Origin: the human T2T-CHM13v2.0 reference genome, Homo sapiens
Direction: 5' to 3' (one strand)
Assembly (NCBI RefSeq): GCF_009914755.1
Contig: NC_060940.1
DNA: 64,000 nt
In this document: positions 60,943 to 64,000 of the stretch, piece after piece
Layout: each line of letters begins with the position of its first letter
Numbering within the stretch: the first letter of the stretch is position 1
Position numbers and translations under genes: made by a program
The notes under the pieces: generated by a model
What the model saw: only the letters and a program-made list of their open reading frames with translations
Databases searched by the model: none
What the model was told of the DNA's origin: nothing

Positions 60943-61325
60943 TGTTTTTATGGCTGACCAACCTCCTCCTCACCCTCCAACCGCAATGAGCTGTTATTTC
61001 TACAATTATGTTATACTTCAGTCAATTTGAAGTCAAGTCTTGGCTTGAGGCCTGCCTTTTTTTTTTTTTTTTTCCTTTTTTCCTTAGGAGGTCTCAGATT
61101 GAAAACTTGAGATCATGCACTGTCACAGCCATGACAGCCACTCCTCAATCTCCTGTGTAACTGGTTCTGTTGGATACTCGTCAGCTGTGAACCATTCACT
61201 CTCAGAAACATACACTGACAAAACCCCAAATTATCACCTCCTTCATGATCCCATACACATGACTTAAATGTGATGGGAGGAAAAAAAAAATGGGCTGCTG
61301 GGGGACCTGCCTTTTTTAAAGGTGA

Positions 61326-62908
<1,583 letters not shown>

Positions 62909-63021
62909 ATTTATATCAAGAGGCAGGAAGCCCACATTCTAGTATTTCCTTTACACTTTCCACGTGATTTTGGAAAAATCACATAATCCCAACTACCTTG
63001 TCTTTAAAAATAGTAATCAAT

Positions 63022-63335
63022 TGGCCAGAAGTGGTGGCTCACGCCTACAATCCCAGCACTTTGGGAGGCCGAGGTGGGTGGATCACTTGAGGTCAGGAGT
63101 TCGAGACCAGCCTGGCCAACATGGCGAAACCCTGTTTCTACTAAAAATACAAATATTAACCGGGTGTGGTGGTACGCACCTGTAGTCCCAGCTACTCGGG
63201 AGGCTGAGGCAGGAGAATCGCTTGAACCCAGAAGGGGAGTTTGCAGTGAGCTGAGATCATGCCACTGCACTCCAGTCTGGGTGAGAGAGCGAAGCTCTGT
63301 CTCAAAAAATAAAAAGAAAGTAAGTAAATAAATAA
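63022..63335 (+). mobile_element. Alu
   Basis: TSD aaata(g/c)taatcaat. Confidence 0.94.
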
Positions 63336-63690
63336 ATACTAATCAATCAAGACCACCCATGCGTAAAGGTATGGACCATCACCTGCTTACTTTCTTTGGT
63401 GAATTATGAATTATGTGAATTTTTTCCAAATTCTAATATAAATACATCTGTACTTAGTAATGCAACAGAAGTGGTATAATTTTCTTTGTTTTCTTTAAAA
63501 AACCAAGTCTCACAAATTCAGAGTTCCATAATCCTCCGTAAAACAAGAATTTATTATAAATAGTACCATACCTGTGACAATGTTTATAAAGGGAGATGAT
63601 CTTTTCCTTTGAGAACTATGTGCTTGACAAATTATCACCTTCTTATGACCTGAAATAAAAATCCTTGCCTTTCTTACCCCTGTATGTTCA

Positions 63691-63691
<1 letters not shown>

Positions 63692-63732
<41 letters not shown>
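63692..63732. repeat. (CA)20 microsatellite
   Basis: Pure dinucleotide run. Confidence 0.98.
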
Positions 63733-63734
<2 letters not shown>

Positions 63735-64000
63735 GCTCTGTTTCATACTGTAAGGCTTGCCCGGTCTACTGTGAAGTACCTGGGAGGGAAAAAAAAAAAC
63801 AACTCTAGAAATGAAATGGAAATAGATATATTTTTACTCCATGACATTCTAGATCTGGGCCACAGCCTACTCTCCATGAAAGAAAGCCTCCTACAACAGC
63901 ACTGCAAGGGTACCGCATGTCACTTAGAACAGTGACAGCACCACTAAGCGCCAGACATTGTGCTAGTGCTTTCCATATGCCATCTTTTTTTTTTTTTTTT

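Overview
Primate (sequence reads as human) genomic DNA from the METTL9/IGSF6 nested-gene locus (recalled as chr16p12; the window appears reverse-complemented relative to METTL9). The - strand carries METTL9 (protein histidine 1-methyltransferase): a CpG-island promoter, coding exons 1-4 and a probable alternative upstream first exon; the last exon lies left of the window. The + strand carries IGSF6 (DORA) coding exons 2-6 nested antisense in METTL9 intron 4. The same intron holds two adjacent U6 snRNA retrocopies and a decayed two-LTR HERV9/LTR12 provirus (11019-19473) inserted into an older MLT1 LTR. The rest is dense Alu, MIR, L1, L2, MER and LTR sequence; most ORFs in the track are Alu or GC-rich artefacts. 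I see no wholly new system. The best leads are: a strong-context uORF in front of a weak METTL9 start codon; a candidate poison exon and intronic poly(A) site in METTL9 intron 4; an Alu-Alu micro-inversion revealed by an inverted target site; a provirus with no visible target-site duplication; and paired U6 copies sharing a non-CpG variant. Exon boundaries were read base by base; repeat boundaries are approximate and subfamily names are from memory, not from a search.
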